Of a stretch of 64,000 bases of DNA, positions 34,844-47,146 are shown piece by piece. The position numbers and the translations under genes were made by a program. Source of the DNA: Chlorokybus atmophyticus (Eukaryota > Plantae > Mesostigma and Chlorokybus algae); NCBI GenBank assembly GCA_009103225.1, contig RHPI01002990.1, forward strand, positions 109,034-173,033. The letters run 5' to 3'. The notes under the pieces were generated by a model that saw nothing but the letters and a program-made list of their open reading frames with translations, was not told where the DNA came from and searched no databases. Within the stretch, counting starts at the first letter, position 1. Each line of letters starts with the position of its first letter.

Positions 34844-37706
34844 CACAGTCACATAGTAAGCGACTTTTAGCCAAAAAGTACGTAAAAATACGCGTATATG
34901 CAGCGGTTGTCCAAAGTACGTTGAAAGTACGGTCAATCGTACGTTAATTATAATATATATGATGTTTTCTGCTATGTTAAGGTACTTAACGTCTTACGAG
35001 CAGAAGTTAAGCTAGTTAAGGCGGCTTGACTCACTACCTAAAGAAATTAGGGTTTGTCTGGCAGGGCGTCAGCTGCGGCGTCAGCTACGGCGGTGGTTGT
35101 GGCGACCATATTGTCGTCAACAGCGGCGTGATCCTCAATGGAAGGGGCTGGTCATCTGCTAGTGCACTTGGACGCAACATTAAACAAGTAAGTTTAGTGT
35201 GGCACGCATCAACAAGCAATTCTGAGCATGCACACACATGTTGTAAGCACATTAATGTTGCGTGCACTGTGAATGAAACACTCAAAGCACTTGACAAACA
35301 GTAGTGAGCTACGTGTGGCTTGCATGACAGGCCAAAATGAAGGGGCCTGAGTGGAAGCATGTGAAGATTCTTGAGCAAAAACAGCACCGCGATCGCGAGG
35401 TTGAATGCGTGTACTGTGAGCACACTTGGTGTGGAGGTGTTGCTCGCATTCGAGCTCACCTTTTGGGCCAAGCAGGCGTCTCCAAGTGCAAGTCCTCCTG
35501 ACGCTGTAGTTGCTAAACTCTCCATTGTTGTCAAGGAGAAAGAGAAGGCAGTTGACAGGAAACGCAAGTTGAAATTGCTTGATCAACTGACTGCTTTTAA
35601 CAGTGCCAGTTCTGGTGGTGCTAGTTGCTCAACTGTGGTCTTAGACAGCACGCAACCTACACTAAGAAAGAGCTATGCCCGTGGTGACAAAGGCCATGTT
35701 GATGCAGGCATTGCTCGTTTCTTCTATAGTAATGGCATGTCATTCAACATCGCGCGTTCACCATACTACACGGAAGCATTCAAGGCTGCTGCGGCTTTTG
35801 GGCCCTCATACATTCCGCCATCCTCGGAGATGCTGCATAAGAAGTTGTTGGAGAGCGAGTGGACTACAGTCAACACTCGACTGAGTGATGTGCGCTCATC
35901 ATGGGAGGCTACAGGCTGCACAATTACGAGTGATGGTTGGTCCGACGCACGCAACCATCCATTGCTCAATGTTCTGGTGATGTCGCCAAAAGGAGAGGTG
36001 TTTGTGAGGGCTGTCAACACTGAGGGGGAAGAGAAGAATGCTTCTTACATTGCCGCGCAGTTGATAACGGCAATTGAAGAGGTCAGTGCATGTGACTGTG
36101 CAGTTGTGGTCAAGCAGCACTGGCATGTGCTGATGCTTGCGCGTGTGTGAGCATATGTAGCATGCGTCATCTGCAGGATGCACATGCTTCTTGAGCAGTC
36201 GGAAAGAGTTACTTAGTTGTGCTTGTATACATGTAGGTTGGATGCAAGAAGGTTGTGCAGAATGTGACGGACAATGCTTCAAGTTGCGTAGCTGCTGCGC
36301 GCTTGGTGGTGGCCAAATACCCGCACATTACTTGGACGGGCTGCACTGCGCACTGCCTGGACTTGTTGCTTGAACACTTCGGCCGCTTGTTACTGGTTTC
36401 GGATGTTGTAACCAATGGCAAGCGCGTGGTCAAGTTTGTCACGAACCATCATCGGAGTCTTGCTATCTTCAGATCTAAGTCAGAGTTGAAGCTGCTCAAG
36501 CCGGGAGACACACGATTTGCAACATCGTTCATAACATTGCAGCGCGTGAGTGAAGTGCAGGATGCATTAACAGAGTGTGTGGCTTCAAGGGAGTGGTCAA
36601 CATGGGCAGACAAGTCCACTCATGGCGACGAGGCCGAGGAAGTGCGTGCCTTGGTGCTCTCCCCAACATTCTGGTGCAGCATAGGCCTCGTCACCACCAT
36701 GGTTGAGCCCATTGTGCGTCTGCTACGCTTGGTAAACGGCCCCTCTCCGACCAGCGGCAAAGTTTATGCGTTCATGGCTGGAGAGGAGTTGAAAGCCATG
36801 ACGGGGCTGACTGCCACACAAAAGAAGAGTGTGGTGGAGTGCTGGAAGTCGCGGTGGGCGATGCAACACAGTGACATGCATGCTACTGGCTACTTACTTG
36901 ACCCCAAGTAAAGGCACCACGAGCAGCAAACCAACGACAAAGTAATGCATGGCTTGTGCAATATGCTCCACAAATTGCTTGAGGACGATGACAAGGTGGA
37001 TGCGGCCATGACACATGTATGCTCACAATGCTATGCTACTTCAAGTCTTGCAGTGTTGCCCGATACATGTACCTAAGTGTACATATGCATGCTTACACGA
37101 ATAAGGATGGGCTGTTTGGGAGGGAGGCAGTGCAAAGAGCTGCAACAAACATGTCAGCACATGCATGGTGGAGAATGTATGGAGGAAGTGTTCCGGAGCT
37201 GCAATTTATTGCGGTGCGTGTGCTTGCACAGGTCTCTTCAGCATGTAGCTGCGAGCGGAACCGGAGTTCTTATGACTTCGTTCACACGAAGAAGCGCAAT
37301 CGCTTGCACCCTTCACGCGCGGAGAAGTTCGTGAACGTCTTCACAAGCCTGCGGCTGTTGAAGAAGATTCAGAACCCTGCATATGAGGAGCAGTTTGTGC
37401 AGTGGGAGTCGGATAGTGATGTATCTGTAAAGTCAGAGCAGGAGGATGAGTGAGTTTTAGCAAGGGTAGTGAGTACTAGCAAGGGTGTAGTGTAATAACA
37501 GACTTGGCAGCTTGTTGACCTCTAATGATGGGATGGTTCTCGTGTTAGCATGCATACCACATCCTTGTGCATGCTACTACAAGTTGCTAACAATGTTGGC
37601 CTAACATGGCATAGAAGCAAGCTCATGCTTACGTACTGGCCTACGTACTGACAAACATGTACGAAAAAGTACGCGTATTTTGCATACTGCGTTCTGTGTG
37701 ACTATG
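34844..37706 (+). mobile_element. hAT DNA transposon 1 (defective)
   Basis: TIRs CACAGTCACATAG / CTGTGTGACTATG; 8-bp TSD GCCGTATG / GCCATATG (1 mismatch); removal restores host pol DIW-LDKPLL. Confidence 0.93.
35337..37453 (+). pseudogene. hAT transposase (BED finger, DDE core, dimerization domain); frameshift near 35490, stop at 36909
   Basis: CVYC..W....RIRAHL, TITSDGWSD, VTDNAS, CTAHCLDL, SACSCER; intron 36082-36236; probable intron 37017-37084. Confidence 0.92.
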
Positions 37707-39272
37707 GCCATATGTCCTGCCTGGTGTCGGTGGGTGCCAGCTCGGTGTCATCGACTTCGATGTCGACAGCGTGGACCTCCCCTAGGGGTGTGGTCATTGT
37801 GGGGTGGGTAGACTTAAGAGCAGGAATCTCCTCTGTCGTTGAGGTGGTGTTGATCCGGCGCCCTGACTGTAATGCGGCAACAGCAAACATGGCCACGGTG
37901 GGAGCTGCTGCTGCGGGGCCGAGCTCATGCCAAGCTCCAGTTGCATCGTTGGTGCTGCGGTGAGGGTTGCAACTAAGGCCATCAGCGTCCTGGTTAGTGA
38001 GGCCGGCGCGGTTGTCAATCTCGAAGTCATACTCCTGCAGCAACAGAGCCCAGCGAACAAGTTTCCCTGTCAAATGTTGGTTGGTCATCAACCACTTGAG
38101 TGGCTGATGATCGGTGATCAGCTGGAATTGTCGACCAAAGAGGAAAGGTCTGAGAAGGAGATAGCCCATACTGCAGCGAGGAACTCCCCCTCGTAGCTGC
38201 TGTAGTTGGCCTCAGCGCTGTTGTTGCTTCGGCTGGCGTACGACACCACCCGCTCCTTCTTATTCTCATCGTGCTGTACCAGCACAGCCCCCATCCCAAG
38301 CTTGCTCCAGTCGGTGTGGAGGATGAAGGGCTTGTTGTAGTCAGGACGTTGCAGGATGGGAGCGGTGGTGAGCCTGCCCTTTAGCTCGTCAAACGCCTGC
38401 TGTTGTGGCTCCTTCCACGCAAACTCCACCTACTTCTTCAGTAGCTCGTTGAGGGGTCGCGCGATCTTTGCAAACTCCTTCACGAACCGGCAATAGTAGT
38501 TGGCAAGGCCCAAAAAGGCACGCAGACGCGTAAGGTTTGTGGGAGCAGGGATAGCCGCCAAAGCCTCCACCTTTGCCTGTTGTACGTACACACCGTGGGG
38601 CACAATTATGTGCTCTAGGTAGGGTACCTTGCGAGTGAAGAAGGTGCACTTGTCGGGTGCACTTTCATCCCCACCCCCTTAAGTCTTTCCAGCACTTCCT
38701 TGATGTGCTGCAGGTGCTCGTCGTTACTGCGACTGAAGATGAGAATGTCGTCAATGTAGCATCGCGCGAAGTCCAGCCCCTCCAAGGCTTTGTCCATGAC
38801 GCGCTGGAATTTGGCAGGAGCGTTCTTCAGTCCGAAGGGCATGACCTTCCACGGGTACAGCTGCCGGTTGCCCCAGAAAGAGGTCTTGTGCTTGTCCTCC
38901 TCCTTGGCGATCTGGTTGTACCCTTGTCGCATATCCAAGATGCTGAAGACGATGCAGTCTCCTACATCATGAAAGATACCCTCTGCAGTAGGCATTGGAT
39001 ACTTGTCTTGTTTGGTCTTGTTGTTGACGGGGCGATAGTCGCCGCACATGCGCTGGTCTGTCCAATTGCCTGCTGAATTCTTCTTCAGGGGCATGACGGT
39101 CGCGGCCGAAGTCCGATATGGACTCCTCAATCAGGCCTGCACCTAGCAGAGCTTTGCACCTCTGCTCCACCAAGTCTTCTTTCAACTTGAAGAGTCGGTA
39201 CTGTCGTCGAAACACCGGTTCGGTGTCCACCAACTCGATGTCCATGTGGTAAACTGAGCAAACACCCGATTC
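37707..39272 (-). pseudogene. RT and RNase H of the DNMT-Ty3 element
   Basis: MCGDYRPVN, MPFGLKNAP, CYIDDILIF, LHTDWSKLGMGAVL, NYSSYEGE, LITDHQPLKWL. Confidence 0.95.
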
Positions 39273-39728
39273 CATGGTCACAAGGTACGCGACTTTTAGA
39301 CCAATAGTACGCGTTTGGACGCGTACAGAGACCCCGCGTACCTAATACGCAGTCTGTACGCAGTCTGTACGCCAGTGTAACTGGGTTACGCTCCAGTTAC
39401 GCTGAGATACAGCTTAGCACTGTATCTCAACCGTAACTGGTTAGTCTAGTGTAACTAGGCGGCGGTGCAGGCAACATAGTTGGCGGCAGCGGCGGCGTTA
39501 GCGGCGGCAGGCAGGTGGGAACGGCGCTCCTTTAGCTGCAAGCTTCATCTCTCAAGCTACTGTAGCTGCGCCTGATAGCCATTAGCTACAAGGTGTGTGC
39601 GTGGGTATGCACTGGTTGCCCGCATGCTTGGCTATGCGCCCATCATACATCATGCAGCCTGCAAGTCATACCATCAACGTGCTATATGTGATTTGCATGT
39701 GTTCATAATAGTGTTTGTTTATGTTAGA

Positions 39729-42247
39729 ATGACGCAAAGTGCGCTGTGGAAGCACGTCGACATAATAGAGAGAAAGCCTCATGGCAACTTTCGTGTGAGG
39801 TGTGTTTATTGCGAGCACGAGTGGACAGGAAGTGTTTCACGTATTGGTGCCCATCTGAGTGGTGAACGTGGAGTCACCAAGTGCACAACCCCTCCCGAGG
39901 AGATCGTCTTGCAACTTACACAAGCCAAGAAAGACAAGGAGAAAGAGGGTGAGAAGAGGAGGAGGTTGGACTTGCTAGATCAACTCACATCCGCCATTGG
40001 GGATGCTGGTGCAGGTACTTGAATGCATGCGTGCATGCATTGAAGCTTGGCAAGCAGTGGTGCTGCTCATCACGCATCAAATCAATCACATTGTGCTATA
40101 GATTCAAGCGCCACCGTTCCTTCTAGTCAACAACAAACTCTTGATGCAACTTTCAAGCGTGGGGATAAAGCGCATGTGGATGAAGCCATTGCTCGGTTTT
40201 TCTTCAGCAATGGCATCCCCTTCAACGTGGCAAGGTCCCCTTACTTTATCGCAGCAATGAAAGCGGTTGGCAAGTTTGGCGCTTCATATACCCCTCCCTC
40301 ATCCGAGGCGCTTCGCACAACCTTGTTGGAAAAGGAGTATGCTAGGGTGAATGGCGAACTTGCAGTCATCAAGGACTCAACACGAGAAACCTCATGCACA
40401 ATTGCTAGCGATGGATGGTCGGACACGTCCAACCGTCCATTGTTGAATGTGCTCATGGTGAGTCCTAAAGGAGAAGTTTTTCTTCAAGCAATCAACACGG
40501 AAGGGAAGGAGAAGACGGCGGAGTATGTATCCGAGCAGCTGATCTCCACCATTGATGAAGTAAGTGGTGCACTCGTTCATTGCCATTATAGATTGTGTAC
40601 ACAACCATGCTAAGTAAGACATGCAAGCACTGACTGGCAGCACTTTATGAGCACATGCATCACACGCGCATGCTCATGCTCGCACCCGACACAAGTACGC
40701 ATGCGTGTGACACATGCATGCACTGACTGGCAGCACTTTGTGAGCACATGCATTACACGCGCATGCTCATGCTCGCACACAACACAAGTACTTATGCGTG
40801 TGACACATGCACGCACTGACTGGCAGCACTTTGTGAGCACATGCATCACACACGCATGCTCATACACGCACACAACACAAGTACTTATGTGTGTAACTTG
40901 CAGGTGGGGTCCGCGAATGTGATACAAGTTGTCATGGACAATGCAAGCGTGTGCGTAGCTGCTGCACGTCTGATCACTAGCGAATACCCGCACATCACAT
41001 GGACGCCGTGCACCGCGCATTGCTTGGACTTATTGCTTGAGGATATAGGCAAGTTGGAGTGGGTTAAAAGCGTGGTGGCTGATGGCAAACGCATAGTGAA
41101 GTTCATTACCAACCACCATCGTTCCTTGGCCATCTTCCGCTCCAAAGCCAAGCTAGAGCTGCTCAAGCCAGGTGAAATAGCATGCGTGCATGTGTGTAGT
41201 TAGAGATCAACTTAGTACAAGCGCAAGATTAATGGTAGACAGCAACCATGTGAAATTGCAGCTGATTGCCCGCGCATGCATGCATGCTCATGTCATGCGC
41301 GTGCTTGTTTGCTCATAGCTACTTGTTGTGCAGGAGATACTCGCTTCGCAACGTCATTCATAACTCTTGCAAGGCTAGTCGAGGTCAAAGACGCTCTCGA
41401 CGAGGTGGTGGTGAGCAGGGACTGGAAGGCTTGGGCCGACAAGGGTGTGCATAAGCAAGAAGCTGCTGCAGTCAGAGCGTTGATCTTGGCACCAGATTTC
41501 TGGTCACAAGTGGCATTAGTGAATGCGGTGTCGGCCCCCATCGTGGATCTGCTGCGTTTGGTTGATGGGAACTTGCCCACCATAGGCAAAGTGTACGCCA
41601 AGATGTTTCGTGTTGGCGACCAGCTCAAGCATCTGAAGGGCATGACTGAACAACAACGACTTGATGTGCGCGCCTGTTGGAGGGACAGGTGGATCATGCT
41701 GCATAGTGACATGCATGCAGCAGGCTATGTGCTGGATCCCGAATATTGGGGTCATGAGCAGCACACCAATGAGGAAGTTATGGAAGGCTTTGCAACGATG
41801 GTGGAGAGGGTCCTGCAGTCCCATGACAAGGTTGACTTGGCGTTGCAACAGCTACACATGTACCGAAGTAAGATGGGGCTGTTCGGCAAAGAGGCAGTGC
41901 AACGAGCGGCTCTCACAATGCCCGCGCATGCTTGGTGGCACATGTATGGTGGTAGTGTACCCGAGTTGCAGCAGCTAGCGATGCGCGTGTTGGCTCAACC
42001 ATCATCAGCTTGTAGCTGTGAGAGATCCTGGAGCACGTACGACTTCATCCACTCAAAGAGAAGGAATCGGCTGCAAGCACGCAGGGCAGAGAAGTTGGTG
42101 TTTGTCTTCACCAACTTGAGGCAGCTGAAGAAGATCCACAACCCACATTATGTGCAGGAGTTTGTTGAGTGGGAGGCAGACTCTGATGTGGACGTGTTGT
42201 TTAGTAATGATGATGAGGGGGGCGAGTCTGATGATTACTCGGTGTAA
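39729..42247 (+). CDS. hAT transposase, 4 exons (39729-40014, 40102-40559, 40904-41171, 41334-42247), 641 aa, no stops
   Basis: GT-AG introns with compatible phases; BED finger CVYC..W...AHL; catalytic residues in IASDGW, VMDNAS and SCERSW. Confidence 0.9.
40627..40890 (+). repeat. 93-bp minisatellite, ~2.8 copies, inside hAT2 intron 2
   Basis: GCACTGACTGGCAGCAC at 40627, 40720 and 40813. Confidence 0.95.
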
Positions 42248-42739
42248 CTAGGCAGACACATGTGATGGGCTATGTCTGCACACATGCTTCGCTGTAACAT
42301 AGTGTTCTCTGCTCATTGTTTACTGTTGTGCACATGTACGCAAGTAGCATGCTTGATGCTCGTGAAGCAACACGACAAAACTGCCACTGTAGCGTACTGC
42401 CACGTACTGGCATAAATGGGTACATGTATGTACGCGTACACCACCGCTCACGTACTAAACGCGTACTGTGTACCATGTGACCATGCCCGATTCCCTTACG
42501 CTGAAACTGAACTGACTTCTCCACTTGTTGAGGAGAGCCTCCAGTTGCTCTCGCGTCCGGCCAATAGTCAGTGGTCCAATGGCATGGGACCAAGAGGTAG
42601 CGTTGGCGACCACTGGGATGTCCTCCACAGTGACTGCTGCCTGCTCCTCCATATGGGCGTTTTCGAGGGCGGTGTGTGCCGCTTTGGTCTCTTGCACGCG
42701 ATCGGCCCACCCCCCTGCCAGGTGTTCAAGCTCCTGGAA

Positions 42740-43760
42740 GAACACATGGCAGTCTTGAAGAGCAAAGCACACTTTCAAAACCCATACCATGCTGTTCTGA
42801 TACATGGTGCGTCCCAACCATTGGCATTGCCGATTGTCGGTCAGCGTGGAACCTGTGATACTGCCTTGAGAGAAGCCCATGGCGCGTTCGCGCTCACGTG
42901 CGTTGGGTTCCTCTAGCTGGCCTGTGTTGGAATCCAACACCATGCATGCGCCGTGGTTGCGGAAGGCGTATGATCCCGGGTAAGACACCAGAGTGGGGAG
43001 CGCACGACGTGGTTGACCAGGCTGGTTGCACTGGTAGAAGTGCTGGTGATCGTGTCGGGTGACTGGTTGTGCTGTGCGCCCAGAGTTCACAATAGCGTCG
43101 ACGGTTAGATCGCGTGAACGACTGCTGTGCAGATATTCAGCAGCAAAGAGATCTTCGACTGTTGCCAGGTTGATCCACTTAGCGCGCAGACACGATGAGC
43201 ACGGGAGCCATGCCGCGCTGCGTTAATTCTGTGAGGATGCCTCAGTAAGGAACACACCCGTCGAAAGCTGTTGGCCACGTGATGGCGCTTAGCGTCCTTA
43301 AAGTGCACATTCTCAATGATGTATCCTGGAGGCCTGGACAGCTGGTTGCTCTGCAGAATTTTGATGACCCGCATTAGTTCCCAGAACACTTGTAACCGAG
43401 GATCAGCGAGCCCTTGGTCGCTGCCTGCTCTGGAATGTCCTTGACACTCCCATCCTGCTATCAGCAGGTCGATGTTGCCCACCAAAAGGAGGTGATCCAC
43501 AGTGATTAAATGGATGTCCTGTGGCAGTGCCTTCAGACTGCCTTGCAGTGCCGATAGCGGCAGTCGCTGCGGGTAGCATTTGTGTAGGTGGCGCAGGTGG
43601 TGGCCTAGGGCAATCTGTGCTTGTGGATTAGTGTCACAGTAGAAGTACTTGGTGAGCGTCGCGCCGGTGTTGAGGACAGCGGCGAGGTCACTACCTATTC
43701 CTCCAAATAGTTCCAGCACGGTGATGCCTTGTTGGCGACGGAATACGTGAAATTCCACTA
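42740..43760 (-). pseudogene. C5 cytosine DNA methyltransferase domain inside pol (one frameshift near 43.1 kb)
   Basis: Motif I ELFGGIG (~43695-43715), motif IV GWECQGHS (Cys at 43444-43446), motif VI ENV (43306-43314), GSRAHR, ERERAMGF, LGRTM. C-terminal frame continues into RT across the hAT2 TSD. Confidence 0.92.
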
Positions 43761-43953
43761 CTCCAGTGGCCACCTGGTGTTGTTCCTGGACCGCAGCTTG
43801 GTCCTTGTAGAGAGGGCACTGTAAAGTGAGCCGTGGTCTGGTCAGTAGTAGATGTGCAACCACCTGTGCACGCCAGCGGCGTTCCGCTGGTTTCAAGTGG
43901 GCCACTTCTTCAGTGGCATCTTTCTGAGACTTGTCGTATGGGATAGAAGAGTC

Positions 43954-44480
43954 TTAGTCCGAGTTGTGGGTGACCACCGCAGATGATCTATCAGTGGTTG
44001 TCAAACCCGACACATGGGTGGCTGTCGCAGCTGACCTATTAGTGGTTGCCGACAACGACCTGTAGGTGGCTGTTGCAGCTGACCTCCGGTGGGAACGAGT
44101 GCGAGCCACCAGCTCGAGAGGCAGATATCCTTGAACCTCTCCGTCCTCCTCATCCCAATAAGGACGAAACCAGGCCTTTTCTGTCCAGCAGTCCAGCCCC
44201 ATGCCAACAGGGAAGTTGAAGTTCTGTCCCAACAACAGGTCGAAGGATCCTGCGTCGGTGACCACAACTTCTGTATGACCTCAGTGCTGTGGGACGGGTC
44301 CACTCCTGTCAAGCGAATGCAGAGGGCTTGCTTGGTGATACCGATCACCTTGTCACGGCTGCCGATTGCGGTGTCGAGCACGTATGGGCACGGCATCAGC
44401 TCAGCGCTGGTGATGCCAAGGTCACGTGCGAGGTAACGTCCGATGATGTCAGGGCTCCAGAGTCCAGCATCACCCGCTTG
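43954..44480 (-). pseudogene. Aspartic protease remnant of the DNMT-Ty3 element
   Basis: RVMLDSGA at ~44475-44452; SFDLLLG; frameshifts. Confidence 0.8.
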
Positions 44481-47146
44481 GGTGCTCGCTCATTAATCGT
44501 GACATGCTTGCCTTGGTTGGCGATCATGGTCGCGTTGGCGTGGATGCGCAGCCGCTTGAATCGTCGGTAGCGTGTGCGTGGGGTGTCTGCTGCTGCAGTC
44601 TCCTCCGGTGGTGTCGAGCGCAGTGCGGTAAGCGCCCCTCGACCAGCTGGTTCTTAAGCACCTCCTTGAACGCGGCCTGGCCCGAACCGTCCTTGTTTTG
44701 GGTGTTGATAAACACGCTGTGGCCTGGGTGCTAGCGGTGCTGCCTGCGGCTGCCCTGGTTGCGGCACAGGGGGATTGCGTCTCTATGTGGCCGGGGTCAT
44801 TCCTGGCCGCGTAGCCAGTGGCTGTTGGGGAAACCCTGGAGGACGGGGTGTTTGTGGGCCCGCCTCCCGTGCAGCTTGTTCTTCCACATAAGTTCAGCGT
44901 ACTGCATGAGTTGCCTCCCTGACCAGTGTACCTTCCCATGTGGCTGTTGGGTTGTTGATCGCGTCACTCCAGCGATGATTGTGAGGCATGGGCTGGAGTT
45001 ACACTGCGCGCAGAAGCCGCGCTTTTATGTTGTGGGTGATAATGGGGACCCTTAAGATCTCTGCCATATAGGCATCCCATCTGCCATTGACCACTCCCAC
45101 CTCCAACATCGTTGTTGCTCGCGCCCGCACAGTGAGGTAAATCTCTGGCTGTTGGGCATGCTGCTCGTAGGCAGCTGCGATGCGTCTGCGTTGCCGCGCT
45201 GCTTCTACCCCTGGCAACCTCAGTATGGCCTCTTGTGCTCCTTCTAAGGTGTCAGTGGCTGCCGAGGCAATCTCGTTATAGGCTTGCCGTAGCGAGCGGA
45301 AGAAGACGACCAATTAGAACAACCTGGTGCCGAATGCGAACAGGGGAACTGCGGGGTGATTGGTAATTAGCCAAGTCACTAGTCTTACTCGAGCTGCATT
45401 ACCACCTTCTCGTATCCCCAACATCCGTCTTAGGCCGATGCCTTCTCGTAGGTGCAGCATGGTTGCCTGTCGCAACAAAGCAGTGCGAAGTTGCTTTTTT
45501 CCGATTAAACCTGCTCCATCTCGTTGTGTCCACCCTTGCGGTGTGAGGTAGCCTCTCCCTGGATCCCGTTGATCTTTAGGCAAGTCTTCTAACAAGGCGG
45601 GTAGCAGCGGGGCGATCACCCCCCTAGTTTGTTGGGTCAGCGCCCTCGTCTGGTCAATGTCGGGCCCACCGACGAGAGGTGTTGTACTGGATGATGGGCC
45701 AGCGCTTGTGGGTTGAAGAACGCCAGCGTGAGCATTGGCAAGGGCGCGCGCTCTTGCGTTGATTGCCGCTGCTTGATCATGTCGCCAGGTGAACGCGTGT
45801 TCCAGTGCGGTGTAGCGCTCATGAAGTCGAACGGTATTCAGGGGCCTCAGTGCTTCGTTGTCACCCACAGGCATGTCGGCTATATCAGCAATATGCTGCT
45901 GTACGTTGGGTTGCCGGTCCCAATACGTGTCTTGTGGCTGGGCTTAAAGGGTTCATGACGGATTGGTGCGGGTTTGTGTGGCGCCGTCTGCATATCGTTA
46001 TGCAGAGTCCAAAACCACTGCAGTGCCAGCTCCAGTACAACAGGCGTCTGACAAAGAAGACACGGTCTTGCTTGGGAGGTGCCGTGCCGGCGAGGAATTC
46101 ATCCTCCAGCTGTCGCTGAGTCTGTTCTAACAAGTGTGATATTTAGGCAGAGGGAAGACTCGGTCACTGCGTTCAACGCGTGTTGTGCGCTCCCCTCCGC
46201 GCCCAAAAGCAATGGTAGTGGGATCTGCCCCACGCATGATGGTCTCCCAAGCACACTCAGCTTGCTGACCTCGCGGGACAGCTTCAGTGACGTCGAGGGC
46301 GGGCAATGTAGCTGCGCGTGTTGCTGCGGTGGCAGCAAGCTCAACGATGGCACTGCCATTGGTGGGGAAAGTGCCGCTCAACGGCGCGAGAGTGGTCTCA
46401 ATGCTTGCTGACACAGGTGGCTTTGCCATTGGAGCGGGACAGGCGCGACCTACTGCTGCAGGGTCGGTGACAGTAGTGGCCGCGGCCTGCGTGTTCACCA
46501 GTGTGGGCGTTACGGTGCTCACTGGTATACCACCTTCTGGTGAGATTGGAGCAGTTGCTGCTGACGTTGACGGAGTCGACGTCATAGCCGGTGTAACTGT
46601 TGCTGCTGGTGCAGTACCACTAATGGCTTTAGAGGAGGTGGCTGCTGACGATGTTGCGGCTTCCCCTCGAACTCGTCGGTATGGTTGCATACGCGACGGA
46701 GTGCTGGTGTCTCTCGTGCGCTTTGGAGCCATCAGTGCCCACCGGGCAGAGTAACAGGCGCGGTAGTCCTGCTCCTTGTCTTCCTCCAAGCGTGCCATAC
46801 GCGCCACGAGGGCAGCCATATGGGCAACAGCTGGCGTGTTGGCTGGAGCCTTGGCGGCAACAGCAGCAGCGCGCGGACGTTCTTCCAGTCCCTTACGCTG
46901 AGGAGAGCGATTCTTCCCCCTGTAGCCTTGCTCTTCCTTGCGAGCGTTGGCGTAGTTAGTGGTGTTGTTATCATAACAACACCAATCACAGCAATCACAC
47001 CGGAGGCCATGATGGCCTCCGGTGTGATTGCTGTTGTAGCCACTAGAGTCGTTGCCGTTGTGGCCTCCAATGTTGTTGCTGTTGTAGCCACCCAAGTTGT
47101 TGCCGTTGTAGATGTTAACGGGTCTCAACTCAGGGAACTTGAGCCA

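Larger units (their letters stand above)
39273..42485 (+). mobile_element. hAT DNA transposon 2, apparently intact and autonomous
   Basis: 16-bp TIRs CATGGTCACAAGGTAC / GTACCATGTGACCATG (1 mismatch); perfect 8-bp TSD CCCGATTC at 39265-39272 and 42486-42493. Confidence 0.97.

Noticed and set aside
40610-41020. Cys/His-rich 31-aa repeat protein
   Set aside because: Antisense translation of the 93-bp intronic minisatellite.
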